The position numbers and the translations under genes are program-made. Positions 1-11,331 of a stretch of DNA of 32,000 nt are shown here, one piece after another (position 1 is the stretch's first letter; the number at the start of each line of letters is the position of its first letter). Below the pieces are notes generated by a model that was given only the letters and a program-made list of their open reading frames with translations, made no database searches and was not told where the DNA came from. The DNA comes from a cyanobacterium endosymbiont of Braarudosphaera bigelowii (GTDB lineage: Bacteria; Cyanobacteriota; Cyanobacteriia; Cyanobacteriales; Microcystaceae). Where the stretch lies: positions 1,050,001-1,082,000 of the forward strand of contig NZ_AP024987.1 in NCBI RefSeq assembly GCF_020885515.1. The letters run 5' to 3'.

Positions 1-1
1 T

Positions 2-2698
2 TTATTTGTTGCTGATGGAGATGATGTCCAGAAAGATAGAATGTTAGCTGAAGTTACATCTGCCAAAACGACTTGTGCGACAGAACGTGCGACAAAAGAC
101 GTATCAACTGATCTAGCTGGGGAAGTATTTTTTGCAAGTTTAGTTGCAGAAGAAAAAACTGATCGCCAAGGTAATACGACTCATATTGCCCAAAGAGGAG
201 GTTTAGTATGGGTACTATCAGGAGAAGTATATAACTTTCCCCCTGGGGCAGAACCAATAGTGCTAAATGGAGATCAAGTAACAGCAGAAGATGTATTAGC
301 AGAAACTAAACTAGTATCTCTTAATGGGGGAATGGTTCGATATCTTCCTCAAAGTCGTGAAATAGATATTATTACTGCTTCTGTATCTTTAGATACAGCT
401 GAGATACGTAGAGAAAGTAATGGTGGACATGAACAATATATAGTTTATACAGCTGATAATCAAAGATTTTTACTAAAAGCAACTCCTGAAACAAAAGTAC
501 AAAATCATGCAATTATTGCGGAATTAATTGATAATCGTTATGAAACTTCTACAGGTGGTATTCTACGTTATGGTGGTATAGAGGTAGCAAAAGGAAGTCG
601 TAAAACTGGTTACGAAATACTAGGAGGAGGAACTTTACTGTGGGTTCCTGAGGAAACTCATGAAGTCAATAAAGATATCTCTCTACTAATAGTTGAGGAT
701 GGGCAATATGTTGAAGCAGGTACTGAAGTAGTAAAGGATATTTTTTGTCAGTCTTCAGGTGTTGTTGAAGTTGTTCAAAAAAATGATATTTTACGAGAAA
801 TTATTATTAAACCTGGAGAATTTCATCTAGATGTTGACCCAAATGAAGTTGTATTGAAAAACGAAGATCTCGTTCCTCCAGGAACAGAAGTTTTACCCGG
901 TGTTGTCAGTACTGATCTACGTCAAGTTGAATGGATTGAAAGCACTGAAGGACAAGGTCTACTGCTACGCCCTGTTGAGGAGTATAATATTAATCATAAG
1001 CCAAAAGTTCCATCCCAAAATTCAATTAATGGAAGAGATCTAGAAAGACATATTGAATTACGACCTATACAAAAATTATTTTATAAAGATGGAGAAAGGG
1101 TAAAATCAGTTGATGGAGTCCATCTCGTAAATACTCAGTTAGTACTGGAGATTGATACTGGAAATGATCAATTATCTTCTACTTTAGTTGCAGATATTGA
1201 ATTAAAAGATGATGATACAAAAGATTGCCAGCGTTTACAACTAGTTATTCTAGAATCTTTAATACTACGTCGAGATCTTGATACAGATCCTCATGGTGGA
1301 ATAATTAAGACTAGTGTTTTAGTATCTGATGGAGATCAAATATCTCCAGGTGATGTAGTAGCAAAAACTGAAATTCGATGTAAGGAAAATGGACAGATTC
1401 GAGGAATAAAAGATGGTCTTGAGGCAGTACGTCGTCTTTTAGTAGTAAGAGATGAAGATATTCACACTTTTACATTAAGCGAAGAACCTCAAGTAAAAGA
1501 AAATGACTTAATTGTGGCAGGGGCAAAACTTGCTCAAGGAATAGTTGCACCTGATTCAGGATTAATATCTTCTATAAATCAGATTAATTCATCAAAGTAT
1601 GAAGTAACTCTACGATTAGCTCGCCCTTATAGAGTTTCTTCTGGAGCCATTTTACATGTTGATGATGGAGATTTAGTTCAACGTGGAGATAACTTGGTCT
1701 TATTAGTTTATGAAAGGGCCAAAACAGGGGATATCATACAAGGTTTACCTCGAATTGAAGAATTATTAGAAGCTCGAAAGCCAAAAGAAGCCTGTGTCTT
1801 AGCTAGAAAGCCAGGAGTTTGTCAAATCGAATACAGCGATAATGAAATTCTATCAATGAAAGTTATTGAAGATGAAGGAGGAGAAACTGATTACCCTATT
1901 CTTCTTAACCAAAATGCTATTGTCTCAGACAACCAAAAAGTTGATATTGGTGAACATTTAACTGATGGTCCAGCTAATCCACACGAATTATTAGAAGTCT
2001 TTTTTAATTACTATGTTGATAAAAAAGGAGTCTATGAAGCCGCTTTAATTGGTTTACAAGAAGCCCAAAAATTCTTAGTTGATCAGGTACAGGTTGTTTA
2101 CCAATCTCAAGGAATTGATATTTCTGATAAACATATTGAAGTCATTGTTCGCCAAATGACTGCAAAGGTTAGAGTTGATGACGGTGGAGATACAACAATG
2201 TTACCTGGAGAATTAGTAGAACTACGTCAAATAGAACAAGTTAATGAAGCTATGTCTATTACAGGTGGTGCGCCGGCTATGTATACTCCTGTTTTGTTGG
2301 GAATTACTAAGGCTTCGCTGAATACAGACAGCTTCATAAGTGCAGCATCCTTCCAGGAGACCACTCGTGTTCTAACAGAGGCAGCTATTGAAGGAAAGTC
2401 TGATTGGTTAAGAGGCTTAAAAGAAAATGTAATTATTGGTCGTTTAATTCCTGCAGGTACTGGCTTTAATGCTCATGAAGAAATGCTTACAGGAACTGTA
2501 GATACCAATGATGATAATTCTGATAATCACTATGAAAAAGAGAGTAAGCGGTATGATACAGAGCATTCAAATCGATTGCTAGGATCTACTTTGGATAAAG
2601 TAGATGAGAATATGATCTTAGACGATAATATTGCTCGTGCTTATACTAAAGCAGATACTCCTTGGAATATTAATACTAGAACAAATAATGATGAGTGA
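2..2698 (+). CDS. rpoC2: DNA-directed RNA polymerase beta-prime C-terminal subunit (RpoC2), 5'-truncated by the window edge
   Basis: The reading frame is open from nt 2 ([13 protein letters not shown] precedes the first Met at 41), so the gene continues upstream. Conserved beta-prime C-terminal strings are present: [82 protein letters not shown] long insertion-rich body is typical of cyanobacterial RpoC2. Stop TGA at 2696-2698. Confidence 0.95.
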   Translation, partial: LFVADGDDVQKDRMLAEVTSAKTTCATERATKDVSTDLAGEVFFASLVAEEKTDRQGNTTHIAQRGGLVWVLSGEVYNFPPGAEPIVLNGDQVTAEDVLAETKLVSLNGGMVRYLPQSREIDIITASVSLDTAEIRRESNGGHEQYIVYTADNQRFLLKATPETKVQNHAIIAELIDNRYETSTGGILRYGGIEVAKGSRKTGYEILGGGTLLWVPEETHEVNKDISLLIVEDGQYVEAGTEVVKDIFCQSSGVVEVVQKNDILREIIIKPGEFHLDVDPNEVVLKNEDLVPPGTEVLPGVVSTDLRQVEWIESTEGQGLLLRPVEEYNINHKPKVPSQNSINGRDLERHIELRPIQKLFYKDGERVKSVDGVHLVNTQLVLEIDTGNDQLSSTLVADIELKDDDTKDCQRLQLVILESLILRRDLDTDPHGGIIKTSVLVSDGDQISPGDVVAKTEIRCKENGQIRGIKDGLEAVRRLLVVRDEDIHTFTLSEEPQVKENDLIVAGAKLAQGIVAPDSGLISSINQINSSKYEVTLRLARPYRVSSGAILHVDDGDLVQRGDNLVLLVYERAKTGDIIQGLPRIEELLEARKPKEACVLARKPGVCQIEYSDNEILSMKVIEDEGGETDYPILLNQNAIVSDNQKVDIGEHLTDGPANPHELLEVFFNYYVDKKGVYEAALIGLQEAQKFLVDQVQVVYQSQGIDISDKHIEVIVRQMTAKVRVDDGGDTTMLPGELVELRQIEQVNEAMSITGGAPAMYTPVLLGITKASLNTDSFISAASFQETTRVLTEAAIEGKSDWLRGLKENVIIGRLIPAGTGFNAHEEMLTGTVDTNDDNSDNHYEKESKRYDTEHSNRLLGSTLDKVDENMILDDNIARAYTKADTPWNINTRTNNDE

Positions 2699-2766
2699 AT
2701 AAAACTTAATTTATTATCCTAGACAAAAACAGAATATAATATTCTCTTATGGTATTTGTTCTTTAT

Positions 2767-2813
2767 TTTGATTATATTTTGAAGATATTGTAGATCTTCA
2801 AAATATAATCAAA
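2767..2813 (+). terminator. Perfect 20-bp inverted repeat (7-nt loop) between rpoC2 and pdxH; terminator-like or RNA-stabilising hairpin
   Basis: tttgattatattttgaagat (2767-2786) is the exact reverse complement of atcttcaaaatataatcaaa (2794-2813). It lies 69 nt after the rpoC2 stop. No U-tract follows, so it is not a canonical intrinsic terminator. Confidence 0.4.
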
Positions 2814-2862
2814 CGGTTATATACTAGTTTATATATCTTAAATAAGCTTAAAATATATAAAT

Positions 2863-3522
2863 ATGGAAAAATCAAACTTAGCTATGGATTTAAGTGCTTT
2901 AAGACAAGAATATAATTGTGAAGGCCTAATAAAAAAAGACTTAGCTTTGGATCCTTTTCATCAGTTTGAAAAATGGTTTAAGCAATATACACAAGCGAAT
3001 CTACCAGAACCAAATGCAATGGTCTTAGCAACTGTTTCGGAAAGAGGAGAACCTTCGACAAGACTAGTTCTTTTAAAATATTTTGATAAACAAGGATTCG
3101 TCTTTTTCACAAATTATAAAAGCAAAAAAGCTAAACAAATAGAGAAAAATTCTAATGTTGCTCTATTGTTTCCATGGTTTCCTCTAGAACGTCAGGTCAA
3201 AATCCAAGGAACAGCTAGCAAAATATCAATAACAGAATCTTTGGCGTATTTTGTTAGTCGTCCTCGAGGTAGTCAAATAGGTGCTTGGTGCTCACACCAG
3301 AGTACTGTTGTATCTTCAAGAAGTATATTAGAAAATAGCTATGAAGAGTTAAAGATAAAATTTCAAAATAAAACAATACCTCTGCCATCTTTTTGGGGAG
3401 GATATCGTGTAGTTCCTAAACAATTTGAGTTTTGGCAAGGACGTAGTAATAGACTACATGATAGATTTACTTATAGCTCTACAGATGATGACCATTGGAG
3501 TATTGACCGTTTATCTCCTTAG
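2863..3522 (+). CDS. pdxH: Pyridoxamine 5'-phosphate oxidase
   Basis: 219 aa. Family-typical strings: EPNAMVLATV...GEPSTRLVLLK, FVFFTNYKSKKAKQIEKN, SRPRGSQIGAWCSHQS, FWGGYRVVP..FEFWQGRSNRLHDRF, C-terminal W.IDRLSP. The start could be Met8 instead. Confidence 0.93.
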   Translation: MEKSNLAMDLSALRQEYNCEGLIKKDLALDPFHQFEKWFKQYTQANLPEPNAMVLATVSERGEPSTRLVLLKYFDKQGFVFFTNYKSKKAKQIEKNSNVALLFPWFPLERQVKIQGTASKISITESLAYFVSRPRGSQIGAWCSHQSTVVSSRSILENSYEELKIKFQNKTIPLPSFWGGYRVVPKQFEFWQGRSNRLHDRFTYSSTDDDHWSIDRLSP

Positions 3523-3937
3523 CCTAGTTCTTCTAGAAGAAAATATTAATTGTATTATTACTTTAATCATAGCTAAATGCTTAAACAATAAAAATCCTAC
3601 CGAATGAAAAGAATAACTATTAATTAATGTAACAATTTAGATTACTCTAAGGTTACAACCTCATTTATTTTTTAAAAATTATCTGAAAAGTAAGTTCTAT
3701 AGCCATATATTCAATCAGATAAAATATTTTAGGTAGAAAAATCAAAGTATAATTTTCTAATAGTAAATAATAAGTATAAATTAGTTTAGTAATCCATAAA
3801 TTTTCATTATGTATGAGAATAATAATTCAATAGTCTAAAAATAAAAGAAAGTTAATTAGATTAGTCAATATACAATAAATAAGCTTCTTAAAGTTAAGCT
3901 GAAAATCCGTATATGTTTTGCTTGGATTATTAAGGTT

Positions 3938-5014
3938 ATGATTGATATTATTATAATTACGATATTTATTCTGGTAGCTGCTGGAATTGGTTTCAATAGC
4001 GTTGACTTACTTTCTTCAGAATTACAAAAACAAATTTCCGATATTAATAGCTTGCGATGTTTAGGAGCTTTTTGTTCTTCAATTTTAGGACTAATTTTTG
4101 GTCTAGTTGCACAAACTACATATAGACATATAGAAGCAGAGATTAAGTCCATTTCCATAGAAGTTATTCTAACAAGGTCAATAGGACTTGTTATAGGACT
4201 CATTATCGCTAATCTTACTATTGCCCCAATCTTTTTACTACCGATACCTCAAGAGTTTACTTTTATTAAACCTATGGTTGCTATTCTAGGAAGTATTTTA
4301 TTCTCTTTTATGGGAGTTAGCATAGCAGGTGTTCATCAAAGAAAACTTCTAAGATTTGCGAATTTTAATATTACAGAATCCGGTTCAGCTAAAGAAAACA
4401 AGTTTGAGGATGTCTCTATCAAAATTATTGATACTAGTTGCATAATAGATGGACGTATAGAAAAACTTTTATATACAGGATTTATTGAAGGAAGAATTCT
4501 GGTTCCTGAATTTGTATTACAAGAATTACAAATATTAGCAGATAATAATAATGAGCAAAAACGTTTTAAAGGACGTAGGGGATTAGATATATTACATAGA
4601 ATGCAGGAATCGTTTCCTGATAATCTTTTTGTTTATCAAAGTTATTATAAAAAAGTTTCTACTGTTGATGCAAAATTAGTTGATCTTGCAAGAGAAATTA
4701 ATGGGATTCTTTTAACGAACGACTACAACTTAAGTAAAGTAGCTAGCTTACAAAAAGTTGCTATTCTTAACATTAACGATATAACCGAAGCTAGTCGCTT
4801 AATTTACTTACCTCAAGATATATTGCATCTTAAAATCATTAAGCCAGGACAGGAAACTAATCAAGGAGTAGGATATTTGGAAGATGGCACGATAGTAGTT
4901 ATAGAAGAGGGAGAAAAGTATATAGGAAAAACTGTAAGCGTACTTGTAACCTCTTTGTTCCAAACTTCTACAGGGCGAATGGTTTTTGCCAAAGCTCAGT
5001 CAGTTATATCTTAG
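3938..5014 (+). CDS. Membrane-anchored PIN/TRAM domain protein (YacL-like)
   Basis: 358 aa. The N-terminus has about 4 hydrophobic helices. A PIN-like core follows (IIDTSCIIDGRI...LVPEFVLQELQ...LLTNDYNL), then a C-terminal TRAM-like beta domain (GVGYLEDGTIVVIEEG...GKTVSVLVTSLFQTSTGRMVFAK). Confidence 0.85.
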   Translation: MIDIIIITIFILVAAGIGFNSVDLLSSELQKQISDINSLRCLGAFCSSILGLIFGLVAQTTYRHIEAEIKSISIEVILTRSIGLVIGLIIANLTIAPIFLLPIPQEFTFIKPMVAILGSILFSFMGVSIAGVHQRKLLRFANFNITESGSAKENKFEDVSIKIIDTSCIIDGRIEKLLYTGFIEGRILVPEFVLQELQILADNNNEQKRFKGRRGLDILHRMQESFPDNLFVYQSYYKKVSTVDAKLVDLAREINGILLTNDYNLSKVASLQKVAILNINDITEASRLIYLPQDILHLKIIKPGQETNQGVGYLEDGTIVVIEEGEKYIGKTVSVLVTSLFQTSTGRMVFAKAQSVIS

Positions 5015-5060
5015 TATTAAAATTATTGTACATTTTACAGTTATTAAAATTTGTTTTGAA

Positions 5061-5804
5061 TTAAGTACAATTTAATTCTTCAAATATATTATGTCTTGTA
5101 TGCAATCTTTTTAAATGAGATTCGAGTTCATAAGTTAATCTTTCAGAATCATTTTTAGTGTCTTGGAAATCATATATAGTTATATCCATAGGTAAACCAA
5201 TATTCACAACAACTTTTGTCCGCCAAGAAGGGAAAAATTTACTGTATTGAATACTAATTGGTAGTATTTTTACTGTATTACTAGGTTGTTGATACTTAAC
5301 GTCTATAACAATATGTGCTGTACCTCTTTTCAAAGTTCTAACCTGGGATCCCCTGAAAATACCTCCTTCTGGAAAAATAACTAACATTTTTTCTTTTTTT
5401 AAAATCTCTATACTATGATCTAAGCCACCACCAATTAATTGTTTAGAGTTGATGGGAAAACCTCCTAACTTCCGGATAAACCAACCTTGAATACCTTTCA
5501 TTTCACTAGAAGACACCATAAAATTGAGATCTTGTCCACTCGCTACACGACCTACGGCATAAGGAATTATTAAGGCATCCCAACGAGAACGATGGGATGG
5601 AGTTACAATTACTGAACCATTTTTAGGAATATTTTCTTGTCCTTTTATTATCAAACGACCAAAATAAAATGGCAAAATTATCCAGAATCCTAAAATATAA
5701 GCAATATAAATTAACCAGGGAGAAATTTTAGGTTGTAATTTTTCATGAGAATGATTGAAGATATACATACAGTTAAACAAAAGTTGTAAAAATAATAGAT
5801 TCAA
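5061..5804 (-). CDS. plsC: 1-acyl-sn-glycerol-3-phosphate acyltransferase family protein
   Basis: 247 aa. Acyltransferase motif I H-x4-D (SHRSRWDALI) and motif III FPEGG (VIFPEGGIFRG). N-terminal hydrophobic anchor. It starts 3 nt after the upstream ORF stop, so it is probably co-transcribed. An alternative start exists at Met13 (5768). Confidence 0.85.
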   Translation of the reverse strand: MNLLFLQLLFNCMYIFNHSHEKLQPKISPWLIYIAYILGFWIILPFYFGRLIIKGQENIPKNGSVIVTPSHRSRWDALIIPYAVGRVASGQDLNFMVSSSEMKGIQGWFIRKLGGFPINSKQLIGGGLDHSIEILKKEKMLVIFPEGGIFRGSQVRTLKRGTAHIVIDVKYQQPSNTVKILPISIQYSKFFPSWRTKVVVNIGLPMDITIYDFQDTKNDSERLTYELESHLKRLHTRHNIFEELNCT

Positions 5805-5807
5805 ACA

Positions 5808-6317
5808 TTAGTTACCAAGCATCTTTTGGACTTTTTCTTGTAAATGTTTGTTTTTCGCGACTATTTCCTCAATTTTTAGAAACCTTGATAAATCTAATCC
5901 CTGAGTTTTTACAGTACTTTGTCTCTTTTTCTCTGCATTGTTCATAATTTCTTCAAGTTTAACAACAACTTTTCGAAATCTATCTAAATCTTCTGAAGAA
6001 TTATTAAGACTGGGTTGTAACTGTCTTTGATTTTTATTAATTTCCATAAATTTCTCAGGAGTTAGACCTTCCTTTTTCATTGCTTTGGCCATGATATGTT
6101 GCATGTTCATTTCAATTCTTTGAAATTGCTTAATTACATTTACAAATTGCTTTAATTCTAAAGGACTAATTTCCTGTGAATAAATAGTTTCTGTTTTTAT
6201 GGTAGGCGATAAAGGTGCTTGAAATTGAGATTTAACTTTCTGAGGAAATGAAAACAATAAAATTGTAACTATACTTCCTAATATGGATATTTTAAACATA
6301 AACTTTTTCCTGAACAT
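5808..6317 (-). CDS. Secreted/periplasmic DUF4168-like protein
   Basis: 169 aa. N-terminal signal-like hydrophobic segment (ISILGSIVTILLFSF). Two internal repeats resemble the DUF4168 pattern (..LKQFVNVIKQFQRIE....GLTPEKFMEI and ..LDRFRKVVVKLEEIM....GLDLSRFLKIEEI). The family assignment is from memory. Confidence 0.65.
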   Translation of the reverse strand: MFRKKFMFKISILGSIVTILLFSFPQKVKSQFQAPLSPTIKTETIYSQEISPLELKQFVNVIKQFQRIEMNMQHIMAKAMKKEGLTPEKFMEINKNQRQLQPSLNNSSEDLDRFRKVVVKLEEIMNNAEKKRQSTVKTQGLDLSRFLKIEEIVAKNKHLQEKVQKMLGN

Positions 6318-6548
6318 TTATTTATAATTCCAGTATAGTTAATTATCTTAGACTTCTATTGTTTAAATTGCCACATATTTTGAGCTATTAGTTATTGAAA
6401 TTTTCTTTAACAAAAATAGATTTATTTATTCTTTATAATTTAATTCAATGAAACATATTTTATAATCATTATAATCTTGGTAGGTACGGATAAAAGTCTC
6501 TCCATGCAAATCCGGCAATTGATTTTAATTTTTGTGAAATTCAACACT

Positions 6549-8837
6549 ATGAGTCAGAAAAAGAGATTAAATATTATTATTAAGGGTATTGTTCAAGGTG
6601 TTGGTTTTAGACCTTTTATTTATAAACTATCAATCAAGTTAGACTTAAAAGGAATAGTTATTAATTCTGGATCAGGAGTTATTGTCGAGGTTGAAGGAAA
6701 TAAGTACAATCTACAAAGTTTTCTATTAAAAATACATGAGGAAAAACCTGTAATATCAAAAATTGATATTATAAAAGTTATTACTCTTGAACCTGTCGGA
6801 TATCCGACTTTTGAAATAAAAAATAGTATTAATGACAAAAAAAATGTTACAGTTCCTCCTGATCTAGCTACATGCCAGGATTGTTTAGAAGAGATTTCTG
6901 ATCCTAATAACAGAAGATATTTATATCCTTTTACTAATTGTACTAACTGTGGCTCACGTTATAGTATTATCCTTGGACTACCGTATGATCGCTCTCAAAC
7001 AAGTATAAATAAGTTTACTATGTGTAAATTTTGTAAAGAAGAATATAAAGATTCTTTGGGCAAGCGATTCCATTCTCAAGTAAATTTCTGTCCCTATTGT
7101 GGTCCAGAGTTAAAACTATTAAATAATAAAGGTCAAATACTATCATATAGTCTCGAAGCATTAAGACAATGTATTAATGAGCTTAAAGCTGGAAAAATTA
7201 TTGCAATTAAAGGATTAGGTGGATTTCAGTTTATTACTAATGCCAGAAATATAAATTCAGTTAATAAGTTAAGAAAATATAAAAATCGACCTGCAAAACC
7301 ATTCGCTTTAATGTATTCTTCATTGGAAGCTATAAGAACTGATTGTCAAATTAGTTTGTTAGAAAAAGAATTGTTAATTTCGCCTCAAGCTCCTATCGTT
7401 TTACTTAAGCGAAAAACTAATAATAGTCTGAATTGTAATATTGCACCGAATAACCCATATTTAGGAGTTATGCTTTCCTCAACTTCTTTACACTATTTAT
7501 TACTAAAAGAATTAAATTTTCCGCTTATCGTAACTAGCGGAAATATTAATAGTGAACCTATATGCATTGAGGAAGGAGAAGCTATACAGTCTTTAGGACC
7601 TATCGCTGATTCATTTTTAGTTCATGATTTACCAATTATTCGTCCTATTGACGATTCTGTAGTAAGAATTATACAAGGAAGAAAAGCATTTATACGATGT
7701 GCTAGAGGATATGCACCTATATCTTTAATGATGAACAAACAATTATATTCAAATTATAAAAAATTTATAAACATACCTAATGTTCTAGCAGTTGGAAGTC
7801 ATACAAAAAACACTGTGGCCATACTAAAAAATAACCAGATTTTTGTAAGTCAACATATTGGAGAACTGAGTACACTAAAAACCTTTGAATCGTTTAAGAA
7901 TACAATTAATAGTCTTAAAGCCTTATATCAATTTAAACCACAAATTATAGTATGCGATAAGCATCCTGATTATGTATCCAGTCATTTCGCGAAAGCTCAG
8001 AAGTTACCTTTGGGAAAAGTCCAACATCATTATGCTCATGTACTTTCTTGTATGTTAGATAACCAATTGAAGCCACCGGTTTTAGGAATCGCATGGGATG
8101 GAACTGGATATGGTAACGATAGTACGATTTGGGGAGGAGAATTCATACTAGTTTTAAATAATTATTACGAAAGAATTGCCCATTTTCATCCTTTTAAGCT
8201 TCCAGGAGGTGACAAGGCTATTAAAGATTCTAAGCGTAGTGCATTAGGCATGCTATATGAGATATCAAATTTTAAAGATAACTTAGAACTGTCTTTCTTG
8301 AAAGAATTCTCAAAACAAGAATTATCTTTATTACAACAAATGTTATCTCTTAATATTAATACATTTTTAACCACAAGTGTAGGTAGACTATTTGATGGAG
8401 TTGCAGCAATTTTAGGAATATGTTATGAAAATACTTTTGAAGGGCAAAGTAGTATGATGTTAGAGCATGCTACTATAAGTTCCGAAACTGAGGACAGTTA
8501 TACTTATACGATAAGGGAAAAAAAATATCCTTATATAGTAGACTGGAAACCAATCATAAAAGAGATAATTCAAGATTTACTTAGTAAAGTACCATATGGA
8601 GAAATTTCCGTAAAATTTCATAATACCCTTGCTGAAATTATTGTTGATATTGCTAAAATATCTCAGATAAAAAATATTTTATTAACTGGAGGATGCTTTC
8701 AAAACAAATATCTTACAGAAAGGGTAATTTTTAGGTTAGAGCAGGAAAATTTGGTTCCTTTCTTTCATAAACATATACCATCGAATGATGGAGGTATCGC
8801 TTTAGGACAAATCATAGCAGAGATTATCCATAAATAA
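6549..8837 (+). CDS. hypF: [NiFe]-hydrogenase maturation carbamoyltransferase HypF
   Basis: The track ORF begins at a TTG (6477). I prefer ATG 6549 (MSQKKRLNIIIKGIVQGVGFRPF, the acylphosphatase-like N-terminus). Two Zn-finger pairs are present (CQDCLEEISDPNNRRYLYPFTNCTNCGSRYS and MCKFCKEEY...RFHSQVNFCPYCGP). A YrdC-like segment (IIAIKGLGGFQF...RKYKNRPAKPFALM) and a Kae1/HypF C-terminal domain (VQHHYAH, WDGTGYG.D.TIWGGEF, NDGGIALGQ) follow. Confidence 0.92.
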   Translation: MSQKKRLNIIIKGIVQGVGFRPFIYKLSIKLDLKGIVINSGSGVIVEVEGNKYNLQSFLLKIHEEKPVISKIDIIKVITLEPVGYPTFEIKNSINDKKNVTVPPDLATCQDCLEEISDPNNRRYLYPFTNCTNCGSRYSIILGLPYDRSQTSINKFTMCKFCKEEYKDSLGKRFHSQVNFCPYCGPELKLLNNKGQILSYSLEALRQCINELKAGKIIAIKGLGGFQFITNARNINSVNKLRKYKNRPAKPFALMYSSLEAIRTDCQISLLEKELLISPQAPIVLLKRKTNNSLNCNIAPNNPYLGVMLSSTSLHYLLLKELNFPLIVTSGNINSEPICIEEGEAIQSLGPIADSFLVHDLPIIRPIDDSVVRIIQGRKAFIRCARGYAPISLMMNKQLYSNYKKFINIPNVLAVGSHTKNTVAILKNNQIFVSQHIGELSTLKTFESFKNTINSLKALYQFKPQIIVCDKHPDYVSSHFAKAQKLPLGKVQHHYAHVLSCMLDNQLKPPVLGIAWDGTGYGNDSTIWGGEFILVLNNYYERIAHFHPFKLPGGDKAIKDSKRSALGMLYEISNFKDNLELSFLKEFSKQELSLLQQMLSLNINTFLTTSVGRLFDGVAAILGICYENTFEGQSSMMLEHATISSETEDSYTYTIREKKYPYIVDWKPIIKEIIQDLLSKVPYGEISVKFHNTLAEIIVDIAKISQIKNILLTGGCFQNKYLTERVIFRLEQENLVPFFHKHIPSNDGGIALGQIIAEIIHK

Positions 8838-9075
8838 TAATTTTTTAATAAGGTACGAAAACGTTAATAAGAATCTATAGTTTAAATTTTAGAGAACTTT
8901 TATTCAATTAAATAGATTAATAAAACTTTTTCAGTTTCAATAGAATGAAAAGCTTTATAAAGTTCGCTGTGTATATATTCCATACAAACTGGTATAAAAA
9001 TAATGTTTTTATTAATGTTATCTTTTATACAAGACGATGTAGACTTAGTTATTATATTAAATTCAAAGATTTATT

Positions 9076-9471
9076 ATGGAATTAGTGTTTCCTAAAGATT
9101 TAAGATTCTTAGATTCTCATGAATACGTTCGTTTAGATGAGAAAAGTGCCATTATTGGAATTAGTGCTTATGCTATTGAACAATTAGGAGATATAGTATT
9201 CTTGGAATTGCCCAATATAGGAGATATTATACGCACTGGAGAGAGTTTCGGTTCAATTGAATCAGTCAAGGCGGCTGAGGATCTTTATCCTCCAATTTCA
9301 GGGATCATCATAGATCGTAATGAGAGGATAATTGAAAATCCAGATGAAATAATCGATGATCCTTATGGAGATGGATGGTTGTTAAAAGTACAAATTGAAG
9401 ATTTTAACAACGAATTAAAAAATACTTTGTCAGAGCAAGAGTACAGACATATGTTAAATGAGCATACTTAA
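9076..9471 (+). CDS. gcvH: Glycine cleavage system H protein
   Basis: 131 aa. HEYVRL...IGISAYAIEQLGDIVFLELP, lipoyl-lysine motif SIESVKAAEDLYPPISG, and DPYGDGWLLKV. Confidence 0.93.
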   Translation: MELVFPKDLRFLDSHEYVRLDEKSAIIGISAYAIEQLGDIVFLELPNIGDIIRTGESFGSIESVKAAEDLYPPISGIIIDRNERIIENPDEIIDDPYGDGWLLKVQIEDFNNELKNTLSEQEYRHMLNEHT

Positions 9472-9549
9472 ACAATGAAAAAATCTAATTATTAATAGGA
9501 ATTAAGCCGTAGAGTAATTAGTAATTAAACATCTTCAAAAAGTTGAATG

Positions 9550-10746
9550 TTACATCTTTTTTGCCTGAAAAATACGTTTTACTACTGCTTCAACAACTTT
9601 ATCAGGGGTTGAAGCTCCAGATGTAACTCCAATAGTTAAAGGTGTATTAGGAAGCCAATTATCTTGAACAACTAAATCTTGTGTTAATGGTTTATGTTCA
9701 ATTCTGTTTCCTAGAAGAATACGTTTTTCACTATCTATATGATAAGAAGGAATTCCCTTTTCTATAGCGATTTCCTGTAAATGTGTAGTATTAGATGAAT
9801 TAAAACCACCAATAACTACCATTAAAGAAATATTTTCTTCTACTAGGTTCAACATAGCATCCTGACGTTCTTGAGTAGCATCACATATTGTATTAAAACT
9901 CATAAAATGTTTATCTAACTCAACTGGACCATACTTTTTTAATATAGTCATCTCAAACATTTTTCCAATTTGTTCTGTTTCACTCTTAAGCATAGTTGTT
10001 TGATTAGCTATACCTAGTTTTATTAAATCTTTATCTGGATTAAAATCTTCTGAGCAAGCATTTCGAAATTTTTCTAAGAATAATTTTTTATCTCCTCCAT
10101 TGAGCATATATTCACAAACATAAGCTGCTTCCTCAAGATTTAATACGACTAAATAGGTTTCAGCAAAGGAACTAGTAGCGACAGTTTCTTCATGCTTATA
10201 TTTCCCATGAATTATAGATGTATAGTTTTTTTTCTTATGTTTTTCAACTGAATTCCAAACTTTAGAAACCCATGGACAAGTTGTATCAATAATAGTACAT
10301 CCTATACTGTTCAAAAATTGCATTTCTGTAACACTTGCTCCAAAAGCAGGTAGTATAACTACATCTCCTTGTTTCACAACAGAAAAATCTTTGTTTTCAC
10401 CAATAATTTTAATGAATCCAACATTCATTTCCAACAAACGTTGATTAACTGAAGGATTGTGAATAATTTCATTAGTAATCCATATTTGTTTATCTGAAAA
10501 ATGCTGACGAGTTTCATAAGCCATAGCTACTGCACGTTCAACTCCCCAGCAAAAGCCAAAAGCTTCTGCTAAATGGATAGTTATATCACCTTGTTGCCAC
10601 CGATAGTTATTGTTACGAATTTTTTGAATTAGAGAACTTTGGTATTCTGTATTCATTACGCCCATAACTTCAGCCTCATGCCCAAAACCTTTGCGATGAT
10701 AATGTATAGACTGTTGTAAAGATCTTTTAAAAGCTTTTGTATCCAT
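9550..10746 (-). CDS. ispH: 4-hydroxy-3-methylbut-2-enyl diphosphate reductase (IspH/LytB)
   Basis: 398 aa, the long cyanobacterial form. [83 protein letters not shown]. Confidence 0.95.
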   Translation of the reverse strand: MDTKAFKRSLQQSIHYHRKGFGHEAEVMGVMNTEYQSSLIQKIRNNNYRWQQGDITIHLAEAFGFCWGVERAVAMAYETRQHFSDKQIWITNEIIHNPSVNQRLLEMNVGFIKIIGENKDFSVVKQGDVVILPAFGASVTEMQFLNSIGCTIIDTTCPWVSKVWNSVEKHKKKNYTSIIHGKYKHEETVATSSFAETYLVVLNLEEAAYVCEYMLNGGDKKLFLEKFRNACSEDFNPDKDLIKLGIANQTTMLKSETEQIGKMFEMTILKKYGPVELDKHFMSFNTICDATQERQDAMLNLVEENISLMVVIGGFNSSNTTHLQEIAIEKGIPSYHIDSEKRILLGNRIEHKPLTQDLVVQDNWLPNTPLTIGVTSGASTPDKVVEAVVKRIFQAKKM

Positions 10747-11331
10747 GGTATCGTAAGACTAAATTTATAATTGGTACTAATTATCAATCATCTTTCATAA
10801 ATGATCAAATTTGTTTAAGGAATTAATTGAAATTATACTAGATCGTAATAGCAGTTTAAGTATAAGAACTGTTATTTGAACTAATTTGTTCAAACTATAT
10901 AATTTAATAGTTGATAAATCTAAGTTATTTTTTATGAGAACTTTAGTATTTAATCAAAGTATTATTGAACAATATATGTGAGATCAATCACTAACTATAT
11001 TAGTTAATGGAATATAAACTCTTGCAATAATCAGTCAAAAACTAATATTAAATTATCTAAATTTTTATCTATATAATTTATAAATTGTTCTAAATTTAAA
11101 ACAAATCAATTTGCATAGAATTTTTGATGATACTCTAAACTTAGAAAATTACGGCAGAAAATAAGCTGTGTTGAAAATATTCTTTCAAATATAAAAAATC
11201 TAAACATTTTAAGGTTAAATACTTTATCTTAGTTTAATTTATATATATTTTCTAATTTACAGCTATCATTTAGATATTGCTTTTTGATATGGTAAATATT
11301 AAATAATATAGTATTGATTTAATCTTTTTTT

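Noticed and set aside
54-257. 67-aa ORF on the minus strand
   Set aside because: It lies entirely antisense within the well-supported rpoC2 reading frame. It has no recognisable motifs and a low-complexity Leu/Ile-rich composition.
3425-3607. 60-aa plus-strand ORF overlapping the pdxH 3' end
   Set aside because: It is an out-of-frame overlap with the conserved C-terminus of PdxH. It has no motif and no RBS.
3865-4203. 112-aa minus-strand ORF
   Set aside because: It is antisense to the N-terminal membrane region of the PIN/TRAM gene. It shows the Ile/Ser-rich composition typical of antisense AT-rich coding DNA.
6620-8374. Two minus-strand ORFs (6620-6838 and 8186-8374) inside hypF
   Set aside because: Both are antisense to a strongly supported hypF frame and have no motifs.
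8945-9085. 46-aa plus-strand ORF (MKSFIKFAVYIFHTNWYKNN...) running into the gcvH start
   Set aside because: It has no RBS, no recognisable family, and an AT-driven composition. An ORF of this length is expected by chance.
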